A stretch of 63,264 nt of DNA, filler included, from Choristocarpus tenellus KU-1152 (GCA_964200185.2; 11 parts of 11 records of this genome joined end to end with filler, not necessarily neighbours in it); one strand, 5' to 3'. Shown: positions 39,065 to 51,082, numbered from the whole stretch's first letter. The notes: a model not told the origin generated them from the sequence alone. Program-made: numbers and translations.

Positions 39065-40100
39065 GTAATAGAAAATGCAGGAGTATTATCTGCACCTATT
39101 CCGTGTTCTGCAGTACCATAGCCCCCTCCATCACTTCTCCCAGGAGATCATTGCGGAATGTAGTATATATATATATGATATCATCACTGGTTCTGTAGTC
39201 GTCTGCTTATCTCTGTTCAAGAGTCATCTGAAAACAGAATACCTCTTGTCTTGGGTACGATATGTGAAGTTGATTGCTGTTTCTAACGTCAACTCCAATT
39301 TTTGTAACGACTATCCCTGTGCATAAGCACTGGATGGTGAGAACTTTGGTGCAATGTCGTGCATGGATTTATTCAGTAGTTCTTTGCGCCCTACTCTGGT
39401 TTGGGCAGATGAGGTTGTATATTTTAGGTGTTTTTTGTGTGCGTGTGTGCGGTAGATGCCGCTATAAACTATTTTGCATCATCCTACGAAGGTGTCAAGA
39501 GTATGAAGTGTCTGGTGATACCTCATTGCACTGCCTGGAGAAGAGCAATGAAGTAAAGATAGACTCCTTCCCAGTTCTATGTAATCCATACGGCGAATGC
39601 AGACCACATGGAGGATGCAACTTGGTTCAAACACAAACCCTCTAATTTTCCTTTTGTTTAGTATCAGGAGTAGAAAAGGCCATCTCATGATATTGGGGTG
39701 ATTAGATCTAACATCTCAACAATAACGGGGGGATAGATGACTGGCGTTCTATTTTTTTTTAGTATTGTTTAAAAGAAGTCGCCGCGCGGTTGAGATGTTG
39801 CATTCCTATTTCTCAGCACTAAAGCCTCTTTATTTATATAAGCCCTGTTAGTTATGGCAGGAAAATGGATTGAGCACTAAAGCCTCTTTATCAGAACTTC
39901 CACGTTTCAATGGTGTTGTGTTTGATCAGACACACATACGTCTGCATGTCTTCGTTACCATCTGCTGCCTTTTAGAGAGGACAGGCGTGTTTATTGACCT
40001 TAAGCCGACCGACCGACTTCCCTCTTGCTATCGAATCGTTTGATCGTATTGTTGGCTGCGGTTCCGACATGGTGTGGGCACAACATGGTGTGAGGCACAG

Positions 40101-40220
40101 GTTGCTCCTCGGTTTGAGATAAAGAAGTGGAACGCCGTGGCGATGTGGTCTTGGGATATTTGCGCAGACACTTGCGCCATTTGCCGCAACAGCCTCAATG
40201 AACCAAGCATAGAGTATCAG
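40101..40220 (+). CDS. RBX1: RING-box protein (RBX1/ROC1 family), exon 2 ([40 protein letters not shown]); rest lies beyond the contig end
   Basis: RFE.KKWNAVA.W.WDI..D.CAICRN signature; CAG/GTGAGT ends. Confidence 0.95.
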
Positions 40221-41482
40221 GTGAGTGACGCCTTAGGACAGTTTGTTTTAGTTTCTCTCAGTGCACTTTTGGTGCCTGCCCCCGTTGTGTCATGCCTAAG
40301 TCCTTGTCCTGGCTGGTGGTTGCTCTAGACTATTTATTTTTTTGTGGGAAGGGGGTTGGGGTTTTTTTTTCCTGTGTTGCTTTCTGTTTTTACTGATATC
40401 CCACCCTGCTTTTTTTTTGTGTGATGAATCCTGATCTCTAGGTAGCGTCAGTTGTTGTTTTGGCGCTATTTGATGATGTTATGGTCCGTAGATCCTGCTA
40501 GGATTTCATTTTGTGCGTTGAATACTTCCAACTTCCCATGCGTTATGTCGGCATGATTGTTCTAGTTTATATCGCCATCACCATTACTGTTATTAGAACT
40601 TGCGCAGAGATTCTGAGACCCCTGCGTATGTGCACGTGCGTGTATGTGTTTACAAATTATGAACGGTGATGGCTGTCCAGTTCTGTCAACTGCTGTCGGG
40701 TTTTATCATACTCAGTATGTCTCACCTCTATTTTTTTTTCCCCTTCTCTGTCTCTGGACAAGAAACAAACCCTGTTTGTGAGTTTAAAATGAATCACGTA
40801 CAATAGTCTCGGAGCAGTGAGTTGAGCACGTCGACTGACTGCGTTTGCATTCTTTTGAGATTGATCCTTTTTTGGGGGGGGGTGGGGGGGGGGGGGGGGG
40901 AGGGGGGGGGCGGATTTTTTTTGGTTAAAGTCGCAAACGCCTTTTTTACCAAAAACAAAACAGANNNNNNNNNNNNNNNNNNNNNNNNNNNNNNNNNNNN
41001 NNNNNNNNTTAATTAATTAANNNNNNNNNNNNNNNNNNNNNNNNNNNNNNNNNNNNNNNNNNNNCCCCCCCTCCCCGGATACTTTGGATCCTGTACATCT
41101 TCTCATCTTCTAGTGATTTGTCAAAAGATGTCTTATAATAGCACTGGATGGATGCCTTGATTTAAATTGTCTTGTCATGCATATTTTCATGTAGTTCAAG
41201 TCAATGTGATAATAGAATCATACTTGAAGGTACTTGAGCATGGAGGATATTGCCAGGGCAAAATAAGGCCTGCCCTAATGTCCCTCTATATAGTTAAAGT
41301 TCTTGAGCCCCTTTAAGATGAGATTGAGAGATTGAACTGTTCAATTGATTGTACCTGCTCCGTCTACTCATCATCTACAGAGGAGCAGACTATGGGCATT
41401 TGGAGGTTTTGGAGCAGGCACTTCCTCTCTTGCCATGCTGATCACAGCTCAAAGGGATCCGTGTAAGTGGAGAAGTGCATAC

Positions 41483-41587
41483 CTTGTGGCCATGGTGAAG
41501 GAGGTGCCCCAAGCTATTATGGGCGTAAGAAGCCCCAGGATTGATGCGTAGGGCTTCTCTGTAGTATTCTTCGGCACCTTTGTGGTC
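41483..41587 (-). CDS. Receptor-like protein, TPR exon 2 (DHKGAEEYYREALRINPGASYAHNSLGHLLHHGHK)
   Basis: 105 nt, TAG/GTATG ends, phase 0-0; TPR pattern A..YY..AL...P….A…LG.LL. Confidence 0.88.
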
Positions 41588-41651
41588 CTAGAAACATTTC
41601 AGGGAAACATGGGTATAAAACAAAGCAGAATACATCAAATCTAGGGTTATT

Positions 41652-42100
41652 GGGTCAAGGAAATTAGGTACCTAGAGTTGCTTGCATATTAGGGTCAAAG
41701 TGTATGCGGGGGGGGTGGCGGCTGTCCATTTGGGGCCCATTTTTCCATGACGCAGTTTTTAGATGATTTGGTTGCATGCGTCGGAAGGATAAACTAAGTG
41801 CACTTCTCCTGGTCAGGGTCCGAATGGACACCCTGGTGAAGACCCCCCCCCCCCCCCTCCAGATACTTTGAGTCACTAAGGATGCTGGCTAAGGTAGAAA
41901 ATCCATCTTTTTATACAAAGGTGTACAAGAAATTTGTATTCCGAATTATGTCAAAAATAAAAAAACGTAGCAATCTACACTCTCAAGTCAATCTTAGCAC
42001 TTCATCCATACTAAGGTTAGGGTAAACTTCAAAAGATGAATAAAATCGGTTTAAAATGCAAGACGATCAAAACTTGGGTACCTCTTGTTTACTTTGACTT
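41652..42100 (-). mobile_element. MITE family B copy carrying a nested family C MITE (41692-41874)
   Basis: Family B ends gggtcaagg…ggtacc / ggtacctcttgtttactttgact; inner element gggtcaaagt…ccagatactttgagtc flanked by ATTA/ACTA. Confidence 0.8.
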
Positions 42101-43216
42101 TTTAGTTTTTTTGAATTCGTAACAGCTCTCCAGGGGATTCTACCTGTGTCAATGACTATGGTTAGAGTTAACAACAGGGACTGTGTCTAATGTCTTACTC
42201 GGACAAACAAGATTCAACCATAAAAATAATCAAGGGGATTTTGAGGACCTCACTCTTGCTGCTTTGGTAATGTCCAGGGTACTGCATTGTTGCCACACTC
42301 CAGTCACAACTCTAGACTTTTGTAATGGTGCTTTGATGTCCCTGCTTTGGTAATATCTATCCTTCATTGCTTCTTTTACATTTCAATGCACAGCCTTTGC
42401 CATGAAGGTAGTATCTAGGAAACATATCTCCAAATTTGGATCTTCATCTCTTGGAGGCAAGAAAATTATCATTATTGTATCGGGAATTCCCTGATTTCCT
42501 GCTTGTGGGCAACTAGTTCCTCATACTGTGCCATTTTGTTTAACGAATTTCCTCACCCTTGATGTCTACCTTCCCCTCAGAGCTGCAGTCCCTCTTGAAA
42601 TCGATAAGCCAACTCTTTTGATCTGCCAAGGCTCAACTTGCTATGGGGTTCGATTTTGAATTTGCATGCCAAATTCACTGGTAACTTCTACGAAGAATTA
42701 GGCTGCACTCTCCTATGGATCTGATGGTACTAAGAAAGGGTAAACTAGAACAAAAATGAGACCTGATGTTTTCTGCTCAAAGATATAGGGAGGATTATAT
42801 ATTATTGTCCTAAGTGGAAATCCAATCCTCTGTGGTTGAGGGTTCATAGTTGACATTTGGAAGTATTTCACTAATGTGGACTGCATTTCAGTATGAACAT
42901 GCTTCTTTCGGATTGGGTAACTACTATTCTGGGTATCTCATCTTACCTAGTGAGTCAAACACAGTATTGACTAAAGTCATTCTTATACCAAGAGGAAGGA
43001 TGTTGAGGAGTGGTGCCTCGGAAGGGAGCTGAATCAACTGCTTACTCACTTGGCTGGATTTAATGGCCATTGTCAAACCATCCTGTTGATCAGGCTCCCT
43101 TTCCCACCCGAAATGCTTGAAATGTGATCACTCATCGCTGTCACAAGCATGTGTCAATAATGTTTGAGAACATGGATAGTAGGGAACACACTGGGGTAGG
43201 GGGGGCTCTGTCTCAC

Positions 43217-43324
43217 CTTGTGGACCGTCTCCAGGAGGTATCCCAGATTGTTGTGGGCAACAGCATCATTGGGGTCCTCCTCAATGGTGAGCCGAAGTTT
43301 GTCTTCCTCGCTTTGATACTTCTT
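43217..43324 (-). CDS. Receptor-like protein, TPR exon 1 (KKYQSEEDKLRLTIEEDPNDAVAHNNLGYLLETVHK)
   Basis: 108 nt, CAG/GTGAG ends, phase 0-0; DP.DA.AHNNLG.LL TPR motif. Confidence 0.88.
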
Positions 43325-44858
43325 CTGTAGTATTAGTTTGTGACAGATGCAGGGATCAGTGTAGGCATGTGGAGGACAGAAATATCTTATCTTTTACAAA
43401 GCCTATGGTACGTATGAATCAACCTTTTCCACCTGTGGTTTTTTTTGAACAGTTTGAAGTGTGTTGTTGTGAAGGGCATCTAAAGAGTTGGAAAAAAAGA
43501 ATTCGCATATTTCCCCTGAAAAGTATGATTGGCAATGATTCAGCACTACTCTACTTGAAATACAAATAAAATTTCTCCCTTTAAATGACCCTTGATATGC
43601 TAGAGTTGATGTGATGACAAAATGTGATGGCGATGTATGTATGGCCTTGCATATGGCTAAAGAATCCCTTCCATCCTTGACAAAACCAACAGTACACGCA
43701 TCATTTGCACTACTGAGTTCTCCCTCCCTCTCACAAGTAACACTGTATAGTTCATATCAACCTTTCTGTACTAGTTCCGAACAAGTTTTGCTCTACTACA
43801 CTGAAGGGTCTTTTTTTATTGACTCAACCAGCTGGAACACACAACAATTAAATCACAGTTGATTCCAGGGCCGGCATTAACAGGGGAGATATGAACTGGT
43901 ACATTTCATCCTGAAGGATGGCACTTCTTCTCTGGAGTATAAATATTAGGGTTAGGGTTAGTTTTGAAGAAGCAATAGTAAGAATGTTCAGGGTTAGGGT
44001 TAGAGTCGCATGGAACATGGTACGAAAAGCTATACTTATACTATCAGGATGAACTACCCAAAACGTTCCCCTACTCCCCTGAATGTTACATATTGGCACT
44101 ATATTTATGTAGTAGATAAGTATTGCAGGCATTATCATATCGCTTGGCAAATGCTCAATAGTGCACTTTCTAAGAAGGAACAAGTTGATGCAGACATGTA
44201 GGCACATAACAGGACTAAGGTGGTGTACCAAGATTTACATGTACATGGGAATATATTTGAAGAGTGTATACACTTATTCAAGATGGTAGGATATATGGGA
44301 TGAGAGTGCCACCTTTTCACTTCCCATAGAGGCACATGTCGCTCTGAAAATGGAGATGGACCTATGAGATGTGATTAGTACAGATGAGAATAAAACCTGT
44401 GAGGGCTATGGTGTAAGATGAACATGTTGTCAACACACCGTAAGAGGAACTACTTTGGTACATATTGAGATACCTTGCCCCCACTTGAAAAGAGGATCCA
44501 AAACCGTTGAGATAGATGGGCAACAAACACCCTATGCCTTAAACACATCTAAAATGGAGAAGAATTATCCCCCCTCCTCCCAAGTTGAACCAACAATTAC
44601 TTCTTTGATCATTTCCACTATGTTTCAGAGTCGAAATTCTGCTCCCTACCTAAGCGTACTGGATCTGTGGAGAAAAGTCTGACAAGTCAGGTACGGACAC
44701 CATTTGAATAAAGTTATTTCCCTTTTTTTTTCTTAACGCTACATAGCCGTCTGCTTTCGTGCCCTGGTTTTTTCAAAAAGTAAGAATCTTGCTACAGTAC
44801 ATGAACAAAATCCAGTTAATGGCAGATATATCTCCTAAGCATTCGTGAGAGGGTATAC

Positions 44859-45053
44859 CTTGCGTCTGTTGTGCATCACAGTCCAGATGACAATAGCAAA
44901 CAGGATGAGAACTGAGGCTGACACAGTGAGGGCAATGGTCAGAACGTCTGTTCCTCCTGCCGGAGATGTGGATGTTGATGTGATGGGTGCTGAAGTTGGC
45001 AACACCGGGGCAAATACTCGGTGGAGGAGCTCTCCCATGGACACAGTACTCTC
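44859..45053 (-). CDS. Receptor-like protein, S/T/P stalk + transmembrane exon (…PTSAPITSTSTSPAGGTD-VLTIALTVSASVLILFAIVIWTVM-HNRRK)
   Basis: 195 nt, CAG/GT ends, phase 0-0; ~24-residue hydrophobic stretch followed by a basic stop-transfer signal. Confidence 0.82.
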
Positions 45054-45170
45054 CTGAGGAACTCACAACAAAATGGATCAGAAGAATTGTCAATTGGGAA
45101 TAATCATACAGGAACAATATAATGATGTTACTAGATATCATTTACAGTACATTAAGTAAGTCTACGTCAC

Positions 45171-45173
<3 letters not shown>

Positions 45174-45253
<80 letters not shown>
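45174..45253 (+). repeat. (TAA)n microsatellite
   Basis: Directly visible. Confidence 0.97.
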
Positions 45254-45255
<2 letters not shown>

Positions 45256-45799
45256 TACAATTACAAAAGATGGTGTATCATATTGAGTCAAGAGTATGCA
45301 ATGGTTTGAAGTTTCCTCTCTACTCCACAAATCATGATATTGATAAATCATATGTTGGGTGTTGGATACATGATATTGGAGAGCAAGTTCGCCTTGTGAC
45401 CACCGTATGAAACTATGCCTCATGCTCATATATTAATTGAGGATATTAACAGGGGAGTGGGAAACAAGTGCTGAGATATTAATTGTAGACCCTTTCAAGT
45501 GTTGAGACAAGGTGAGTAATGAGCATGAGAGTGGTGGAGTCAGGGCTTTCTCATTAGACCCTGTACGATGTTGGAGTGATTGGGAGGCTGACAATATACC
45601 CTGCAATATCCTCTACCACCCCAGATTATATTACTATAGTCATTGCCATCATACTTTTTTTTCTTTAGCTATGTTGTTGCAACGTGTTTCCCTAAACTAA
45701 GGGTTAGGGTTATTCTAAACTTGAGAAAATGTCTGGCTCCAATAGTCTAAATTCAGGAGTGTACTCAGTACATACTTCAAAAGTAAACTAGCTTAGTAC

Positions 45800-45951
45800 C
45801 TCGTTGGCAACATAGATGTTCCCTTTGTCAGGAGATATAGCCAAGGCTGCAGGCCTCATAGCAAGTGAGAGCCAGTTCAAAGACGACACAGTGCCATTGC
45901 CCCCTTCCCCTAGATCAGCTGTGATCCACGCCACATGCCCGTCTGCCCAAT
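45800..45951 (-). CDS. Receptor-like protein, beta-propeller-like exon (DWADGHVAWI…RPAALAISPDKGNIYVANE)
   Basis: CAG/GT ends, phase 1->0; P..LAISPD…IYVAN..STVS spans the junction, a YVTN/lactonase/NHL-type blade motif. Confidence 0.75.
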
Positions 45952-46628
45952 CTGTCTCATGTCAAGTTTGGGTTAGGGTAGATTAGAAGTGTTGAGATGG
46001 AACAAGTGTAGTCAAGGGCAATGAATAGGACAATGGTGTAGCTGAGAAAGGGCCAGATGTAGAGTGGGGGGTGGGAGGTGAGGGTTAGGAGATAAAGAAG
46101 GAAGTAGTCGGCATTGTGGGTTTAACTTACCACACTTATTACCAAGGAAATTTTTAGAGAAGCAACCTTTCCACAGTAGGTCCCACACAGCTTATTCAGG
46201 TCACTACGTGGACTACTGCAATCATCAGAAATTGGCAATGGGTACCTGAGAAAATCTCAAACTTGGGCATGAGTGCATGAGTGTAAAGGGGTGTTCTGGT
46301 ATAGCACTAACTCATTGACTTTCCAATCATTTAGTCTCAGAAACTCGGACCCTGCATCCAGGCTCACCCCATGATTGGTCAGATCACTGCATTGTCTACC
46401 CTATTTTGCTTGGTCAAGTCCGGTTGCTCGCATACCTAATGCTGGCAATTGTACCATTGAAAACCGACATCTTCACACACACCCTTGTTTTTGTTCAGAA
46501 TAAGAGACAAAGTTGATTAAGAGACAAGTTTGAATAAGACGTAAGGTTGAAAAATGTATGAGGTTGAATAATATGTAACGTTGAATAAGAGACAAGGTTG
46601 AATAAGAGATGGAGTTCCGTATGATTTA

Positions 46629-46888
46629 GAGTGGAAGTATCTTAGAGGGTACGAATTTTGCCCTGTTTGTCCATTTGGGGCTTGGCTTCCCACGGGTTTA
46701 TTATGACAATTTACCTACTCCGAAATGTTTAGGAGTAGGTAAAATGTATACGTTATGAAAAGGTGTGTCCGGAATAAAGGATATTGACACCTGCTAACAA
46801 ACACAATAGCCAAAATTACATCAAAATTGCAACATTGGATTTTGGCCCCCAAACGGACGTGGCTCTACCCTCTAAGACACTTTGACTC
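46629..46888 (-). mobile_element. MITE family A, intronic
   Basis: TIRs gagtggaagtatcttagagggta / taccctctaagacactttgactc. Confidence 0.92.
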
Positions 46889-47528
46889 TAAGGAACTAAA
46901 CAAGCCATTAGGTATTTGCTGAAGATTTGTAAGAATCTAAACATTCAACCATTGGAGTGTGCTGTGACCTCCTTTCATTGACTTGTGTCTAAGACAAAGA
47001 CACTGGTGAACCGCTTTTTCTTCTCCACAATGTATTGATGTACCGTTACAGACAAAAAATGAGGAATTGAATCAGAATATCTCCATAGGGTACAGCCTCC
47101 AAGAATTCTCTTCCATACTGAATAAGCCACTTCCTTGCGGCAACCGCGCCATGCAAAGCTGCATGAGACCAACCATTAGGCCTAATACTTGTGTTTGGGC
47201 ACAAGAATAGAGACAGCTGATTGATAATCAATCCAGGTCAACTGTAGTGCAAAAATCTAGCTGCTTGTTGTGTACCTCCAAAGGCAAGTCAAGGATGTGA
47301 GGAAGGGCTCACTTTCTGGTGTCAAGCCTGCAAGACCCCTTTGGATTTGAAGGATCCTTCTTGCATTATTCTACCATTTATTTGTAGGTGTTTAAAATTA
47401 GCCTTGTGAGAGAACCTCAGACAGCACAGACTATTTATTTTACTGAAGACTGATGGCATCATCACAGAGATGGCATCCGTACATGGTTGAACAAAACACT
47501 GTGTACTCTGGTTGGAACAGTATGCATT

Positions 47529-47745
47529 GAGCCAAAGTAAATGAGAGGTATCCGGATTTTGACCATTTTGCAATTTAAGTCTGTTTTTCAATCTTTTGCA
47601 GTTCGAATTTTGGCCATATTTTTATTTACATGCATGAAACAAAGTTCTCTATTGTTTGAAAAAATTCCGACACAATTCATGTTTGAAAAAAAAGAAGAAG
47701 CAGAGTTTTGCAAATGTTTGTCAGCGTCCTTAAAACACAATTCTG
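47529..47745 (+). mobile_element. MITE family B copy (degenerate)
   Basis: Terminus gagccaaagtaaatgagaggta; internal ttgtcagcgtccttaaaa block. Confidence 0.65.
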
Positions 47746-48025
47746 AGTCATTATTGGAGGTAAGTATGACCAAGAGCTGAGTGAAGAGATCAGTGGTAGA
47801 TGAATAATTGCTATCCAGGTTTGTCTCAAAGAGTGGGCATGCATAGACTTTGGGCAGTCTTCCGAGGTAGACACCCAACCTGGGAGTTGATTAGAGGCAT
47901 TGATTGGCCTAATCAGGTGCTGCTTGACCTTGAGTGAAAGAAGGATTTTGTTGTCTGGTTTATATCACAGTTTGTTATTGCTAATTAGCATCTTTACCGG
48001 GTCAAATTTCATCCTACTGCTTCAC

Positions 48026-48072
48026 CTGTTGTGTAGACATCCCCAGAGCCATCTAACACCACCAGAAGACTC
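48026..48072 (-). CDS. Receptor-like protein, short exon (SLLVVLDGSGDVYTT|D); alternative acceptor at 48077
   Basis: TAG/GT ends; phase-1 donor joins the next exon to give DGSGDVYTTDW, an NHL-like blade. Confidence 0.6.
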
Positions 48073-49142
48073 CTAGCCTAACAATGGTTGTCACACACAG
48101 CAATGGTCATTGAGGGCATGGCAGGACAATGTGGGAGTGACTGGAAAGATCATCTTTGAGGAAAATGTGTATGACCAATATATTTTTCTTTTTAATCACA
48201 GTTGAAGAGTTTCAAAAATACCTCCAATGGAAGAGGTTTGATAAACAGTCTTGTGTATGCAGAGAGGGCTCCTATTAGAAGCAGTTCAGCTCTTGAAGTG
48301 TCCCAAGACCCTTGATGTACATATACTATCATCAGTAGTCCTATAATAATGTTGTTTATGGATCCGGATCAATTCGATTTTTCTCAAGACAAAGTGGTAG
48401 ATCCATACGCCCCAGATCTTTTACATTGCTTTAAAGTCAAAGAACTGTGGAGTATTTTCAAACCGTTTGAGTATCTCAACATTCCATTACAGCTGGAACT
48501 AGTTTTCTACTATGTGCAGGTGATACCCAAAAGGGAAAAAATGGAATTAACATGGACTGTTCATGCATGAGTAGGCTGCAAAAGCTGACAGGGTGGTGGT
48601 GTTGGAGTGTGTGCAGTTTGACCAAGGTTTTCGTGTTAAACATTGATTAATTCCCTTCAATAACCCTAACCCTAAGATCAAAATAAACAGACATCAAGAA
48701 ATCACTCCATAGTACTACTTAGCTCAAGCGCAACACTTGAAGAAGTTCAAGAAGTTGCATACCACCCTAACCCTAAAGCATAAAAAAGACTGCAATCCAA
48801 AGCAGTTGGCGCATTGAAAGAGTCTTTCTTGATAGTCAATTGCAGTTGTCTGCATTGAAGGACCCAAGATGACTGCGGGATGTTAGTGCATACATGCGCC
48901 ACTGTCCTTGTGGCTTGACATGATAGCATTTTGTGTGATACTTGGTGCCCTGTGCTAGAAGAGTGTCTGAGTACATGACATGGGCAATTGATTGTTGCTG
49001 CTTTTGCTGTCTGCTCTTCCTTCTGCCGGTGTATTATTGTATTATTATATCATTGTATCATTGTATCATTGTATTGTATCATTGTATTATTGTGACTTTA
49101 TATATAACTTGCAATAGTAGCTGACTTGGAAACAAAGAGTAC

Positions 49143-49368
49143 CTCCATTTGTTCAAAGCAATTGCACCACTCAGGACTTGAGAGATCTTCTCATTTATGG
49201 TTTGTCCATTGGCAGTCCTCTTTTACTGTAAAGAATAGTATGATACATAACAACACAATCATTCCAACAAACTGACACCAATACACCAAACTCTTCCTTG
49301 AGGCTGTGATACACCTCAACCGAGAGATCGTTGTGATGCTCTAGCTCAGCCCAGACAAGATGGTGCTT
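49143..49368 (-). CDS. Receptor-like protein, two candidate upstream exons (49315-49368 and 49143-49219)
   Basis: AAG/GT ends; phases 0-0 and 0-2 chain without stops into the 48072 exon (…SGAIALNKWR|SLLVVLD). Confidence 0.45.
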
Positions 49369-50069
49369 CTTTTTTTACACCTTCTTCCAATGTACAAAAA
49401 AAAAAATCTGAACAAATCAAGGAGAAGGTAATAAAAATGATGATAATGATAACAATGATAATAACAAACATAATAATAAAAATATTAACAATAATAATAA
49501 TAGTAACAACTACAACAATTATAATAATAGTAGCATAACTGATAGTAGAATAGTGAATAGATAAAATTGTTTCACATTTATAACAACTGATACTTTTTTA
49601 CGGTTTATTCTTAAATGTGAATAGTTGTTGCTGATTTTTCCCCTGACGCATCTGGAAAATGTCAGAGGGCATAATAATAAAATAATAACAAATAATAACA
49701 ACAATTATTATTATGCTCTCTGACATTTTATTATAGTAGTAAAAATGACATAATAACAATAATAACAACAACAATAATAATAATAATAATAATATCAGGA
49801 CCATCAAAAGGTCAAATAATATTTAATCTGATCAAAATGGAACAAAAATCTCCATTTTCAGATCTGTTTTGAAAGTAATTAGTAATCTCAATCTCATTTG
49901 ATGTTTTATCAGGAAAAACATATGCTAATAAGAAAAAGATCCCCAAAGTCTACAACAGCTGCGAGCCGTACTGAGTAACCCTGTAGCAACCTGTGGCCAC
50001 TCTATCCAGTACATTGGAGCTTGCAATATGACCTCCATGTTCAACGGTCCATAAAATTCTGTATTTGTA

Positions 50070-50389
50070 TTATTATGCCCTCTGAATTTTTTGCAGATTT
50101 GTCAGGGGAAAAACCAATGAAACCTATTCAAATGTCAGAATAACCACCGAAAAAGTAACAGTTGTCGTATATGTCAAAATTATCCCTCTAAAATCTATTT
50201 ACTATTTTACTGCCAGCTATACTGTACCACTGCCTTCCTGTGTCTCCAAACCATCATCCAGACATCGATATATTGCTGAAAATAAGTATGTAATATACAT
50301 GGCATGGTATAGAAATGGAACAGAAATGTTGACTAAGTGTCATTGATGTTTCCCTGACGCATCTGCAAGATGTCAGAGGGCATAATAAT
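50070..50389. mobile_element. MITE with ~38-bp TIR in a TA-rich site; partial inverted copy at ~49540-49677
   Basis: tattatgccctctga…gcagat.tgtcagggga / tccctgacgcatctgcaagatgtcagagggcataata. Confidence 0.7.
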
Positions 50390-51082
50390 ATAATGCATGG
50401 CATGGTTCAAAGTGTTTTTGTTAGGGTCACATCATTTTCAATTGGTATGATATAATCATGGCTGAATATACTTACATACATACATGACGCCATCTTAGAT
50501 CCCTACGCCATTTTTTGGGGGGGTTGGGGCAACTATATCTGAAAATTTCCACTTTCTCATAGTTTCATTTTTTGTACCTCATTCAGAATCCTATCATTGA
50601 GGTATTAACTAATTTAACTATTAAATTAAGTTTGTGTTTCATTCATTCCATTAATAAATACATCAACACAATTCTGAAAAGGCTATAAGGTATTGTTCCT
50701 TACAAAACGAGAGTAAGTGCGTTGTATGGACTACCGCTTCCAGGTACAGACTATGTACAAAGTACCAAGTACCTCAATAAACCTTACCAGAAAAGACATC
50801 TTACTCCCTCTGTCACATAAGTCTGTTAAGTTGTAGCTCTTCGGGATGACCTCTGATTACATACTTTTGCCTTGGATTCCTTGGAATATTTTACATTAAA
50901 AAAATAATTTCAAAGAATTCTACAAAGAAATCTGTTCTGAAATGGTTCCAAAAGAATGGAACACAGAATGGGGCAAATCTTTACTTACTCCCTCTGTCGC
51001 ATGAGTCTGTATCGTTACGGTTTTTTGTGGATAATTTTTCAAATGTGAGATTCAGAAAACTACAAATAATATCGTTCCATAG

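Noticed and set aside
45142-45429. Poly-Leu ORF as a membrane protein
   Set aside because: (TAA)n microsatellite inside an intron.
46131-46245. Additional receptor exon (YPLPISDDC…)
   Set aside because: AG/GT-bounded and open in one frame, but its phase does not fit the 45951 exon, whereas 48026 joins 45951 directly with a sensible motif.
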